NCBI GenBank assembly: GCA_965637545.1
Contig: OZ281501.1
Span: 1,798,001 to 1,862,000, forward strand
DNA: 64,000 bases
Source of the DNA: Phallusia mammillata
Taxonomy: Eukaryota
Direction of reading: 5' to 3'
This document shows positions 1 to 11,480 of the stretch, one piece after another (position 1 is the stretch's first letter; every line of letters begins with the position of its first letter). Under the pieces are notes generated by a model, which saw only the letters and a list, made by a program, of their open reading frames with translations, did no database searches and was not told the origin of the DNA. The position numbers and the translations under genes are program-made.

Positions 1-571
1 GTGGTTTGAATAAATGTTTTTAAACAACTGTGCCGCATTACACTAATCTAGCGTAAGAGGGCAGGTTGTTGCAATGGATCAACCAAAAAAAATATTTGTG
101 TGAAGTGGGATTTGACTTTATCCTAAATTGTTTTGCAATAGTATTCACCATATTATACAAGTCGCGAAACGCAGTTTGTATATTTTCCTATTGTTGCAAG
201 TGATACTTAAACAAACGTTCAAATGATTTAATGAATTAGTCTCAAAACAAGGAAAGTCATTTAAAGAAGCGTCGCTTTTTTCAGTAATATGTTGTGTTTA
301 AAGAATTGTGTACAAATCGTCACAAGGCATGTAAAATGCATACTAAAAAAGCGAAGATTACTTGAATAAATTGTTTCGATTGGAAGCTTGCGTTTAAATA
401 TTGGCTACACTGTTTTGCCCAGACACAGATTTTGACAACATTTTGCAGTTCGTGTTTAAGAAATAGGATATAAACACCTTAACACGAAAACACCTTATCT
501 TTTAAGAAATCATATACAAACTTTCGGTTAAAACACCACTAAGCAAAACACTTGTATGTTCAGCCAATAAG

Positions 572-2849
572 TTAAGGTCCACACACATCTTGACACAAAT
601 GGGTGATTAGTTCTTTTGCCAATTTCGTTCCTATGTTTGTGTCGCTTTCCCCAACAACAAACACGTGTTCAGGTTCGCCAGCAATGTCCAGAAGTTGTTC
701 CATGTCCAACGGAACGTGGTCATACAAATTGATAAAGATGACGTAAGTCTGCAAAACAAAAAGCTAATTGAGAAACAATACAGTTGCGTCAACTAAAAGG
801 TTTGAGTCATATTCAAATGCACAGAGGAACTTTGGCTAAACTTATGCTGGGCGTTAAAAACTTACCAGAACGCCATCGTCCCTGAGAGCTTGTGCTGCCT
901 CTTTAACATCATCGTTTGAGTTTCTATCAATAGATACGACCAGGACATCCTTGTGTACAAGTGAACGATGAGCTTTGGTATACACGTGTTCACTGACGTA
1001 ACGAAGGGCGTCTCCGACGTTCACCACAGCGCTGTCAGCCACGTCACCTAATACGTCAAATGACATCAACTCATGACAAAAGTTACAATAAATATTTTAG
1101 GACATAAAAACCTTCCGCTGGATGGCGTTGTGCTCCAGGACGAGCACTTTTGGTATCGTTAAAAAATTTACTAAACTCCGGATAAACAACATCACCAAAT
1201 ATGATCCTAGCTTCCCTGTAGTGTTTTGGATCCATACTCCATCCCCTGACAATGCATTGACTTGTTATACATATTTGAAGTTTCTTCTAAAGTTGGTAAT
1301 AGCATAAATGGAAAATGAATGCACACAATCCTTTCACAACGGTTGTTTAAAAGTTGTGATTGTCTACTTCTTTTTCCTTACTCGTAAGCGAGATTCCCAA
1401 ACGCATTGAGTGCTTTGTTGTACCTCTCGTCTGATCTTCTGTTCATCAAGACGACCAAGTCAAACGGTGCATATGGAGGACAGGGATCTAAAACATAATC
1501 TATTAAGCAAAAAGAAGGAGGTCAATGTATTAAGTACTCACGTGCACAACAAGGCTCTGGGCTCGACCACTGGCCGTTTCCCTTGCATTGCAAAGTTGTA
1601 GAGTCGCTTGGGTTAAGATAATATCCAGAGTTGCAGCTGTAGTAACATTGCGAGCCAATCTTGTTGCCATTTGTGCAGTAAACTCTACCGTTTCGAAAGT
1701 TGTTCATGGGAAGACTGCATGTTTGTTGATTTGTATTTGCTAAAAAAGTACAGAATGTGTTCTGAAATCAGCCAAATATTTTTTTTCTAAAAGCTTGTGT
1801 TTAGCAGTTTAATAATTTCACCTGTACATGATTCAGCAACGTTGCAGGAATCTTTGTCACAGCAACAACAGCAAACAGATGAAAACAGGTTGTCGTTGCA
1901 CTGATGCCTTCCGCCGTATTTGTCCAAGTTCTAAATACAGTTTGATTGCTACAGCAGTAAGTAACACTAACTTTATGTCTACTAACTCCTCAAACATCGC
2001 AAGGCTGCAACTGTGAATAAAAACGCGCAACACAACTGGCTTGCAACAAAACTGTCTTGGCTCAGGTGATTATATGGCCAAGCGCGCAAATTGCCTTCTG
2101 TCACGCAAGCGCTTAGTGCCTGCGGTCACCACGCCTTGACAAAACAGTCGAAAGTTGCGAAACAGTAATTTTCACAAGTTGTAATTGAATAATGCAAGAG
2201 AATGATCATAACTTGGATTCTAGTTAAAATAGGTAGTTTGTTGATTGTTTAATATTTTACTTTAATTTGTTTCAAATATTGGATCCACACAACATTTTTA
2301 GAAACTTTAAAAATATTGCCACACTCACCTGTCTACGATCATTCTCGCAGGCCTGTTTCTGTTTGCATTGCTTCCAAATCCTCTGAATAAAAAAGTTTCT
2401 GCGCACTACAGTTGCGCACACGTCCTGAAACGGATAAATTAAAAGGGTAAATATATTGTCATATAACTACTTTTGTCTACATTGCCCCAACATTATGTAC
2501 AGCAGAACTTCGACAACATCCTTAAACAACCATTTTACCTGATTGTTTTGGCAAGTTACCAGTCTTCCTGTTTTCGAGCATCCCTCATTACTTGAAGCTG
2601 AACATTCCCAACACTTTAAACCTGCGACCAACAAAACAATCAAATCAACCTAAACATTATTATCAGCAGTTTGAAAGCAAGAAGTTAAAATATTTTCTGT
2701 AAAAAAATGTAAAAAAAACCTTGCAGGTTGTGGTAAGATCAAGATTAAACGTTTTGTGATTACACATTATAAGTTACTTAACCTTGTGCATTGCAGAGAA
2801 ACATCAACAAAAGAGATGCTTGGAAAACTGCCACCAACATCGAAAACAT
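572..2849 (-). CDS. Secreted LU(Ly6/uPAR-like)-CCP(sushi)-VWA protein, intact copy A, about 383 aa, 9 exons
   Basis: Exons 2849-2783, 2621-2539, 2424-2329, 1930-1822, 1739-1542, 1487-1382, 1245-1112, 1047-866, 748-572. All introns are GT-AG with matching phases and there is no internal stop. Signal peptide MFSMLVAVFQASLLLMFLCNAQG; LU-like LKCWEC...VCCCCCDKDSCN; CCP with C..G..C.YSC..GY...C...GQWS; VWA-like DLVVL...NVGDALRY...VVSID...QLLDIAG. The donor at 1111 (GTTTTT) is weak. Confidence 0.85.
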
Positions 2850-4007
2850 TTTTGTTTTTGTCAAAATCTGCCAAACACAAAGTTAATGTTATAGTCGTAA
2901 ATTGTGATGTCTACTTAAACCTCTTTTAAGTCTCTGTTATTTCTAATATGGATTTAGGAAATTAAAATCTTTGCCCAAAAAAATACAATTGCAGTTTATT
3001 TCTGACATTTTTCAATAAATTAGTGTGATTGCTTTTAATTATTGTAATAAAATACAGCGTAAAGAAATAAAAATGTATAGGTTTCTGAAAACCTAATATT
3101 CAATAAAAACATTTTTTATGCAAAGTTTAATACTTTCTCATTTGCCTGTTAATTTATACAGAGGGTCTCAAAAATCGTGAACACTGGTACACACCGTCAG
3201 AAAACTGCAATGAAATCGTTAATGTTTAATACATCACATATATAAAGGCAACAAGATCGAGTCATCACTTTCACCCAACTATACCTCGCAAGTGTCGGAA
3301 TTTTAAAATGCATTTGCAGAATTATACCAACGCCCCTTTACCCTCTATACTTAGCATATTCCCTCAGGGTAGATAAAAACATCGAATGCTGACCGTTAGA
3401 ATAGATTTATCTACAGATAAAACTTGTATTCAAATTACTTGCGCTATTCGCACGAAATGACCCCACGGATGTGAAACTGAGTTCAAATATTTAAAATTGT
3501 TTTATAACAAGCAAAATCTTCTTAAGATTATGTTAAATAATAAAACATACACACATGGGCGCCGGCAGAAAATTTTGCAAGAGGGGGCAAATTTTGGCTG
3601 ATACTTTACCGCATCAAGAATTTGTTACATATGAAGCCATAAATCGTGTACTTCACAATTGAGTTGCCTAAAAGTTAAAGCATTGAACGACGTCACAAAT
3701 CTCCGCGCTGCCACTTTAATTAGTAAATATTGTTCGAGAAAAACTAAGGTCCCAAGTTCGAATCCCACCGGCCACCACCAAAAGAATAGTTTTGGTTTAC
3801 AACTAATTGCCTCTTTTATACCATTAATGGTTTCGCAACACACTTCTCTCTACGGTAGTTTAGTATGATGCGGCACAGTGGCCAAAAAGCATTTGTTCAA
3901 ACCATGGCTTCTTAGTTTCGTCAGTTTTGTAGCCAGCATTTTTCATATTTATTTTTAGTATACACCACATTGCAAATTTAAACCACATTGTTGAAAATAC
4001 ATCTTCT

Positions 4008-7000
4008 TCAGTAAAAATCACAAATATGCTCACACACGTAAGATTGCAGTGTTGCTGGATTCTTTCCTATCAAAGTTCCGTCTTTGTTTACGATCAGAAC
4101 TCGTTCCTCTGCTCCTGCAATCTCCAGCAGCTGTGTCATGTTGTACTGCTAACTGTCTGTCGGTCGCAGAAACTGAACGAAAGTCTGAACACAAAACATA
4201 TCGTTTTTTTTTAATGCGCATTGGCAAACTACACGCATTTCACGGTAAAAAAATATTTGGGAAATGTATAAGAGTAAGCAAACGTTCCCTGTATGTTGAT
4301 TTTTTTTTCATTTTCGGTTGGCGTGAAAATAACCGATGTAATTTCTCCACAATGCTCTACACTACAGCAAGGCTTAGTCCTTTTTAGCCCTTTGCAGTAT
4401 TTTACATCCATGTTCAACAACTTTTTCAGTTCATATACTTACAGCGACTCCCATACTACGAAGCACCCGAGCAGGGGCCAGCACTTCGTCATCCGAATTA
4501 CTGTCGGTCGCCAAGAAGATCACATCTAAATGATACCGAGACAATCTAGAATGATTTTTATAAATTTCCACAGCATACCACAAAGACTTGCCCACGTTTG
4601 TTAGTCCGCCATCTGAAAGAAAACGAAAACTTTTAAAGGCAACAATTAATTTCATTAGCTAATTATGGACCTAGTTAAAATGTAGCTCTTTTTTGACCTA
4701 TTGACCACAAAACACTATCTGCAAAACTAAGAACTGTTGTGATGGGACACTGGTATTTCTGTAAATAATTTGGACATGTTTGTCAACGTCGAGTCAACTT
4801 TAAATTTCTGGTAATTTAAGTACATCAGAGTAACGGAATTTAAAAGTTAAATAAAAATTCATTTAATCTGATAGCTATCTAATATAATCAGTGTATATCC
4901 ATTCCTCTGTTGCATGTGTTCAGTTAATTCGGTTTGTAAATTACTCTTACAAAAACAAGTTTTGTCGTTTACCAGTTTTAACAAACTTCTGTTTGGAAAT
5001 TGATTTAAAATATTCTGAGTTGTTCCATTTATCCGTTTGTTCGAATGAAATCTCATTTTTAGTGTCGACATCACCACTGAACGGAATTCGCATCACTCTC
5101 ATAGAGTCTTTTGACATCTTGTAGGTTCTGCAAATCAAAGTGGTTCACACACAAAATGAAGTCATAAACTAACATGTTTTTCACTGACAATGCAACTGAC
5201 ATATATTTAACGAACGTATATAATGACCGCCACAGAGCAAATACTTATACCTGTTTTGAGCTGCTAATTTGAAGAAAACAAAACATAGAAGCAAACACAG
5301 AAGTAACAATTGCGAAAAAAATGTTTCTTTGATATTTTTCTGCACAATTTTACCTCAGTATAGATCCAACCACCAAATTAATATGCCATTTGAAAACTTC
5401 CTGATTTTGAGCAGTTACCAATGCTATGAGATCAATCGGTACGTATGGGGGACATGGCTCTAAAAATAATAGCAGATTTAGTCAATAATTGCGTATTTAC
5501 GTGGTTTGCGTTTCCTTTAAAAAAATCGGATAGTAACATTAGGCAAATGGAGAGTTATATCAGCCGAAATTATTATAATGCTGATAGGTCGCACAAAAAG
5601 CACATACATATTTACAAGGATATTTATGAAAACTTACTAACGGTTAGAGCTATTTGGGTTGGGGTGAGATTTTGTAACTAAACTTTTAATCGAACTAACT
5701 TTAAAACTTAGTTTTAAACAAGAAACCTCAAAAAATTATATCTTAACCCTTTCCCTATAGCTATCTCACAATGTGGGGAATGTTTTTTTCAAGTTAAAAT
5801 CAGTTGACAGTCTGATAAAGAACACAAATATATTTCACCGAAAAAGAATCAAGAATGGTAATAGAACAGGTAAAGATTCTTAGATCAAGTTACCAAGATT
5901 TATAACCTTGCCCTATCTGACTGTTAAATAAAAAATTCATGCTTTGCGCCTCGGTATTAAGTAAAGATTCACCTTACGTGAGCTGTAGCGTAAGTAGCTG
6001 TACCAACACTTACTTGTGCAGCATTGTTTTGGCTGACTCCACTTTCCGTCGGACATACACACACATATCCCACTTTCCGGTGTAGGATGGATTGAGAAAC
6101 CATCAGCGTTGCAGAAGAAGTTGCAAACTGAACCTATCTTGTTGGAATCGCTGCATTCCACTTCGCCTCTTGGAAAAATTTGCGGAACAACGGGACACTG
6201 GATAATAGCTGAAAAAATTGTTTTCCGATTATCCACTGCAAATGGTGTTAACAATGTAATCAGATGACAAAAAAGCTAATCTTGATTTTGTATTAATACT
6301 TATATAAAAACATATAATGGTACTATGCCTGCACAAAGTATTAGATTCAAAGTAATTTTGTTCCTTACAGAGTTTTCTTTCATTACTCAGCGTTATTTGG
6401 TAAACGATTAAAGTGTTCTTGTCCATTTTTTCAAATGCCTTATAGAAACTTTATGAGCTCTTCTAACAATTGTATTTTTGCACCGACGTTTAGACGTCCT
6501 ACAGGTCGCCTTCATCAGGGTAAGTAACACGGAAAACGCGTAGTACTGTGCACGATAAACAAAGGAAAAAACAATTTACCGCGAGCACGTCGCAGCGCAA
6601 CAAAAACAATAACAATTGAAACGTCGGTATAAAAATACAATTGCAAGAAGAGCCCCATAAGGTTGATATTTTGTCTGGTAGCAGCAGTTTATGATTGCGT
6701 TTTATAAATTGATATGTTAAATTTTGTACCTTTGCACGCATTGTGCTGGTTACACATCGAAGTATCGCAGCAGCATGTACATGATGAAGAACTTCGGTCG
6801 TAATTACATTGATGCCAGGATTTGAAAGGGCCACGATAGTTCTGCCAAAATACATGTCGAAATAATAACTGATATTCTAATACCATAGAAAAACGACCTT
6901 GCATAAAGTGTCGTTTCTATTGAAACCAACTCATATAAATCGAATCCATCTTTTTTGAATTCAGACATCTTCTGTTTTATCGTATTTGCGTAATAAAATC

Positions 7001-7679
7001 ATAAACTTATTAAACATCGATTTTATTTGAAAAAAAACTGATAAAAACAAAAACTATTTCTGAAACATAAACATTCTGAGATACATATCACATATATATG
7101 TAATTTGCGGCCTACAGTTTTTTCAATGTTCTTTATTTCGGATTATGCCACTGTATTCACCTGTTTTTCATCGTCTTTATATGCGGTTGCTGTTTACGAC
7201 CTTTCCACATAATTTCGCGTTGTTTTTCTCGTCGTACAACCGTCAAACAACTGTCCTGAAACAGATGGACGTCTCCACAACTAGCTATGCGTTTTAAGAT
7301 GTTTTCCACAAATTTTACGTTATCTTTTTTAATGTTATAATGTTCAACTGATGTGATAGACATTGAACATATTTTCCAATTTGTTGACATTCTTGCAAAC
7401 TGCTGGCTTGTTTACACTGCCAACAATGCAAGCCTAAAAATGCAACAAAATATCTACGATTATTTAAAACAACATAATCTGTGGTAAAAAATTTAATAGC
7501 TCAAATAAATACAAACTCAAATGACTTGTTAGAAAATAAAGCATATCGCATTAATTTCAGAGTTTTCTAATTTACCGCTATTTGTTTGCATCAGGCATTT
7601 GATATTTCGGTGTTAAACAGTTACCTTCGGAACAGAATAAAAAATCTGTAAGGAAAACGAGACAAATCAAACTTCACAT
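4008..7679 (-). pseudogene. Full-length LU-CCP-VWA paralog (copy B2), pseudogenised
   Basis: Same 9-exon, same-phase layout as copy A: 7679-7625, 7433-7348, 7255-7161, 6841-6730, 6208-6014, 5459-5354, 5127-4973, 4612-4443, 4184-4008. Lesions: TGA at codon 2; no GT after exon 2 (CAG/TTGAAC); exon 3 is 95 nt rather than 96 (frameshift) and has lost two Cys; in-frame TAG at 4151-4149. Confidence 0.8.
6451..6660 (-). mobile_element. Inverted-repeat fragment of a Penelope-like element pLTR carrying a minimal hammerhead ribozyme (6482-6521, GAAA mutated to TAAA)
   Basis: Minus strand reads ACC CTGATGA A GGCG acctgtagga CGTC TAAA CG TC GGT. Inverted arms of about 42 bp at 6451-6492 and 6619-6660. 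The same flank (caaaaatacaattg..agaagagctc) occurs at 23156-23193 and 57735-57772. Confidence 0.65.
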
Positions 7680-8187
7680 TTTAGCTCAAACGTTGTCACA
7701 CTGAAAAGGTAATTGCACGTACTTAGCCAAGTTGGCAAACTCAGGTGTTGCAGATACGTTTAGCTGTTGTATGCAAATGATTCTGACCTACGTTTATCTT
7801 ATATGCTAATGTAGAATTTGGCTAAACGCGAAGTGGCAGTACAAAGCCGAACCGATAGATTAGCTTAAAGGCACATTACAGGACTTGCCTTAGGGGAATG
7901 TATCGTTTACATAATAATTTATAGGCTATTATTTTAGTTGGTTTGCATTAATGCTATCTGATCAAAAAATCAGTAATAATCATGGTTATCATATCTACAG
8001 ATATGTGCTTGAGTTCTTGATGCTTGCGTTAAAATGCTGAGACATTATAAGTCCAGCTTAGAAAATATTTTGTGCCCAAATATATTTGATTACCTTTTTT
8101 GCAAATCATATCACTATAAAGCAAAGTAAGTGTAGCCACCGGGTTTCCATGCATTCCCTTATGACTAAGCATGGAATAAAAATCTAG

Positions 8188-8266
8188 CTTGCGGTGGGAT
8201 TTGAACCCACCTGTTCTATGACAGGTGGCGCCTGCGGTAGCTGTGGTTTCCAAGTCACATTGCAAG
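8188..8266 (-). repeat. tRNA-like / tRNA-derived SINE-like remnant
   Basis: GTGGGTTCAAATCCCAC T-arm/B-box hairpin, also present at about 32387-32403 (related at about 3760-3775). CTTGC/GCAAG ends and a D-arm-like TGTG..CACA stem, but no proper anticodon arm. Confidence 0.35.
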
Positions 8267-8306
8267 TGTCAAATGTAACATCACATTTCCACACCAAAAT
8301 TGTTAC

Positions 8307-8361
8307 CTTCGGAATCGCAAGACATGTGCTAAAATAGGAGTATTTCAAAAATAAAACCCAT
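8307..8361 (-). pseudogene. Orphan signal-peptide exon remnant of the LU-CCP-VWA family
   Basis: ATG...TCCGAAG/GTAACA, 55 nt, reading MGFIFEILLF*HMSCDSEG. It has the same length and the same TTCCGAAG/GTAAC end as B2 exon 1, with an internal TAG. Confidence 0.55.
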
Positions 8362-8560
8362 ATTTATAACGATTGCAAACTAACTAAAAAACGCAACTAC
8401 ATGAACATATTCACACCTTGTTTGCTGAAGGAAAATACATCAAATACATCGTTTTATTTGTTGAAACAATACTTAGAGAGTGTTACGAAATTAATCAGTA
8501 ATATTTTGTCTTAAAGTGTTTTAATTTGAAGCTTGTGTTAAAAGACATTATCAGATTTAC

Positions 8561-8999
8561 TTGTAAATAATTCAGCAACGTTGCAGGAATCTTTGTCACA
8601 GCAACAACAGCAAACAGATGAAAACAGGTTGTCGTTGCATTGATGCCTTCCACCGTATTTGTCCAAGTTCTAAATACATTTTGGTTGGTGCAAAAAGTGG
8701 CACCAACGCATCACCTAAAATCGTATTGCTGTTACTGATTTAGAACTATAACAGCAACACAACAGGCCCACAACAAAACTACTTTGCTTTAACTGCATGA
8801 TTGAGGCCAATCGCGCAAATTGCGTGTCATAAAAGCGCTTAGTGCCTGTGGTGTCAACTTCTCGCAAAACGACTCCACGCTTTGATGTAACCGTTAAACA
8901 TTAGTTTTAATTTTTTAACACTTTTGAATAATGCTTCATCACTTGATATTGCAGTGGAAGTACCTGATTTGTTGATGTTGCAACCAATATCGAAAACAT
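8561..8999 (-). pseudogene. Internally deleted partial duplicate (B1) of LU-CCP-VWA copy A
   Basis: 8999-8964 (MFSILVATSTNQ/GTACTT) resembles the 5' part of A exon 1. 8669-8561 matches A exon 4 at 104/109 nt. Exons 2-3 are absent. Upstream 10005-10145 is homologous to 3415-3540, which lies upstream of copy A. Confidence 0.7.
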
Positions 9000-10506
9000 T
9001 TTTGTTTCTGGAAAAATCTGCCAAGCACAATTAATGTCAGCAGCAGTGTTGATAAGTTATAATTTGATTCGAAATATGACGATTGTTACCAACACTATCG
9101 ATACTTATTTGATAAGGTGGTAACAGATAAAAAGGATGATTTTGTTTTGCAAACAATGTCGTTTTTCTTTCTTCTTTCATGTGCATTTCTTTGATTCTAT
9201 GCTTTAATATGGGGTGAGAACTTCTGAAATCAGTTGTCGTTTTGAAAGATGATGTTGAATATGACATTACGGATTATCTTGAAAACCATAGCTGCCACAG
9301 GAGCACAACTTGTAATTAACACCGCGGAACGTACTACTCAAAAATCATGTTATCGCGAAGATTGATTTTGCACAGGCTGGATCTTTTCATGCATAGATAC
9401 CATGATTTAAATCTGCTGCTTAAAGTCTTGATTACACTTTTTATCCTTACTTAGGATAAGGAGTTTGTAACAGAGAGTCAATTTTATCCTATATAGTTAA
9501 CTAAAGCATTCACTGTTTGGGAGTACATTTAATTAAGTTAAAATTTAGCCTGTTTCGGTACGTGTTGTTTTACGCTGTTATGTAATAATAATATTTTTGT
9601 TGGTTTTTACGCTGTCCTTTCGCAGAATTACAATGAGGTAATTTTTGATCAGTAATAGACATTTTTAGAAGTATAACATGTGTGTATCAAGCGTAAAGAA
9701 ATAAAAACTCAAAGGTTTTGTCACAACCAACAATCAATAAAAAGCAGTTTTTACACAAGGAGCAACTATTGCTCTGATCACTTGTTAATTCAAATGTGTT
9801 CGTACCACTTATCAAAAAGGTCAAAAGGTAGTAAACACAAAATAGTCACCGCTGTTGTCCTTCTATGGTAGGTGCCTCGCAAGTGCCGGAACTCTAATTT
9901 ATTTGCAACATTAAACAAATGCCCCTATTCTCCTTATTTTTACATTTTCCCTCAGGCCAAATGTGAACTGGTTCGAATGTTGATCGTGGTTGTTGATTTG
10001 TCTGCAGATAAAACTTGCAGTTGGTGTAATTTGATTTTCTTTGGCATAATCCGCAAGAAATGACCCCACTGATTTAAAGTTAAGTTCACATATTTAAAGT
10101 GTGTTATTACAAGAACATTTTTTATCGTAAGATTATGTTAAAATTCATTGGCATATTCTTTTCCACTGTTATATGCATGTTCAATAAGTTTGCGATTATA
10201 CGAAGTAAAAACAAATAAGCAACTGTAAGTGAAGTGGTGCAAAATAGGCAAAAGCTAAACAAATTTTCATAGGAAAGCTGTTTTAAACAACCAAAAGGCA
10301 TTTAAGTGGAACAAAGCACAAGTTTGGCAAATTCTACTGTCAACGACATTTTATCAAAAGCACTGTTGGGCAACTTTCTCAAACCTAATCCGTTAACTGC
10401 AGTTTAAATTATGGTCAATTGCTTTTGCAAACAAAGAACAGCCATAATATTGTGTTAGGAATAAAACAAACAACGTCGATACTATAGGTCCACAAAATGG
10501 CGCTGT

Positions 10507-11480
10507 TCATCCTTCGTCGCGATTCGATCTTTTCTCTTTGGTGTTTTGTCGAACGATTTGCGTTGCGGGCATCCGATGAAAGAGCAAATAACCTATCCCA
10601 CATCCACCCACCGAACTGGCAAATATCCAGGGGTTAAAGGTCATGGCAGAAAGCATCAGAAGATAGGACCACAACAAGAGAGTCACGTGCGTTGCTGTGT
10701 CAAAGAATCTTCGGCAAATGCTGCGAAGATGAAATATATTATCCAAAGTTATAAATTGCGATATTTAAACATTTACAATACGACCAATTGCTCACTTGGT
10801 GTGGTTGTCTTTTTGCTTTTGCTTTGTTTCCTCCTGAAAATAACAACAGCAAACAACAACAATTATCGATGTTATAAGAATATGATAAATTAATTGCCTC
10901 AGTTTTAAATTAAAAGTACGTTATCAATCTCAATACAATTATTTAATGAACTATATAGGATGCTATACTTCGCTTTGTGAATCGTTTGGTTCTTTGTTCA
11001 GTGTTCTGGTCCGGGGCGGTAGACGACATAAATCCTGTGCGGCGAAGCGCACTTGCAAACTCTTCAAATATTCGTGACCAAGTCCAAAACAGAATAACGC
11101 CAGGCACGATATAATCAGATCTAGACACAAACGAATATTTTGTTTTGAGTTTGTTTCACCTGGCATTACAGAGTCGTACATGAAAGACTTTGTGCATTTT
11201 TAAAAGCCATCTTGCATTGGATGTAAGTTCAGAAAAAAAACATTTAGTCGTTCATCTTTAAGTCTTTTGTTTTTTCTGAACTTACATCCATTGCTGTAAG
11301 TCTCATAGGTCTTTATCGACAAGCAACGGACTTGGAGATTCCAGCTTTAAGTTTTACGAGAATCGCCATCTCACCTTGAATTGATTCAACCCTCCAGAAA
11401 GCAAACAGATTGTAAACAGGGAGTTCCCCGCTAAACACCAGTCTATGTCCAGTTGTGGTCGTGACGTCATCATCAGTCAT
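10507..11480 (-). CDS. Ctr/SLC31 copper transporter family protein (Ctr2-like), about 169 aa
   Basis: Exons 11480-11375, 11120-10969, 10833-10796, 10720-10507, phases consistent. LFAFWRVES...LIISCLALFCFGLGHEYLK (TM1), YLLMLSAMTFN (MxxxM, TM2), GGCGIGYLLF (GxxxG, TM3). A possible extra 5' exon at 12215-12109 would splice in frame at 11493. Confidence 0.88.

Noticed and set aside
3156-3349. Tc1/mariner-like MITE (TA-CAGAGGGT ... ACCCTCTA-TA)
   Set aside because: The TIR match is too short to distinguish from chance.
8188-8266. Functional tRNA gene
   Set aside because: T-arm and acceptor-like ends are present, but there is no canonical anticodon arm or A-box. Treated as a repeat remnant.
10963-11181. 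ORF-track start MYDSVMPGETN as the Ctr N-terminus
   Set aside because: This part is intronic. The acceptor at 11121 and the exon 11480-11375 give a better Ctr alignment (LFAFW).
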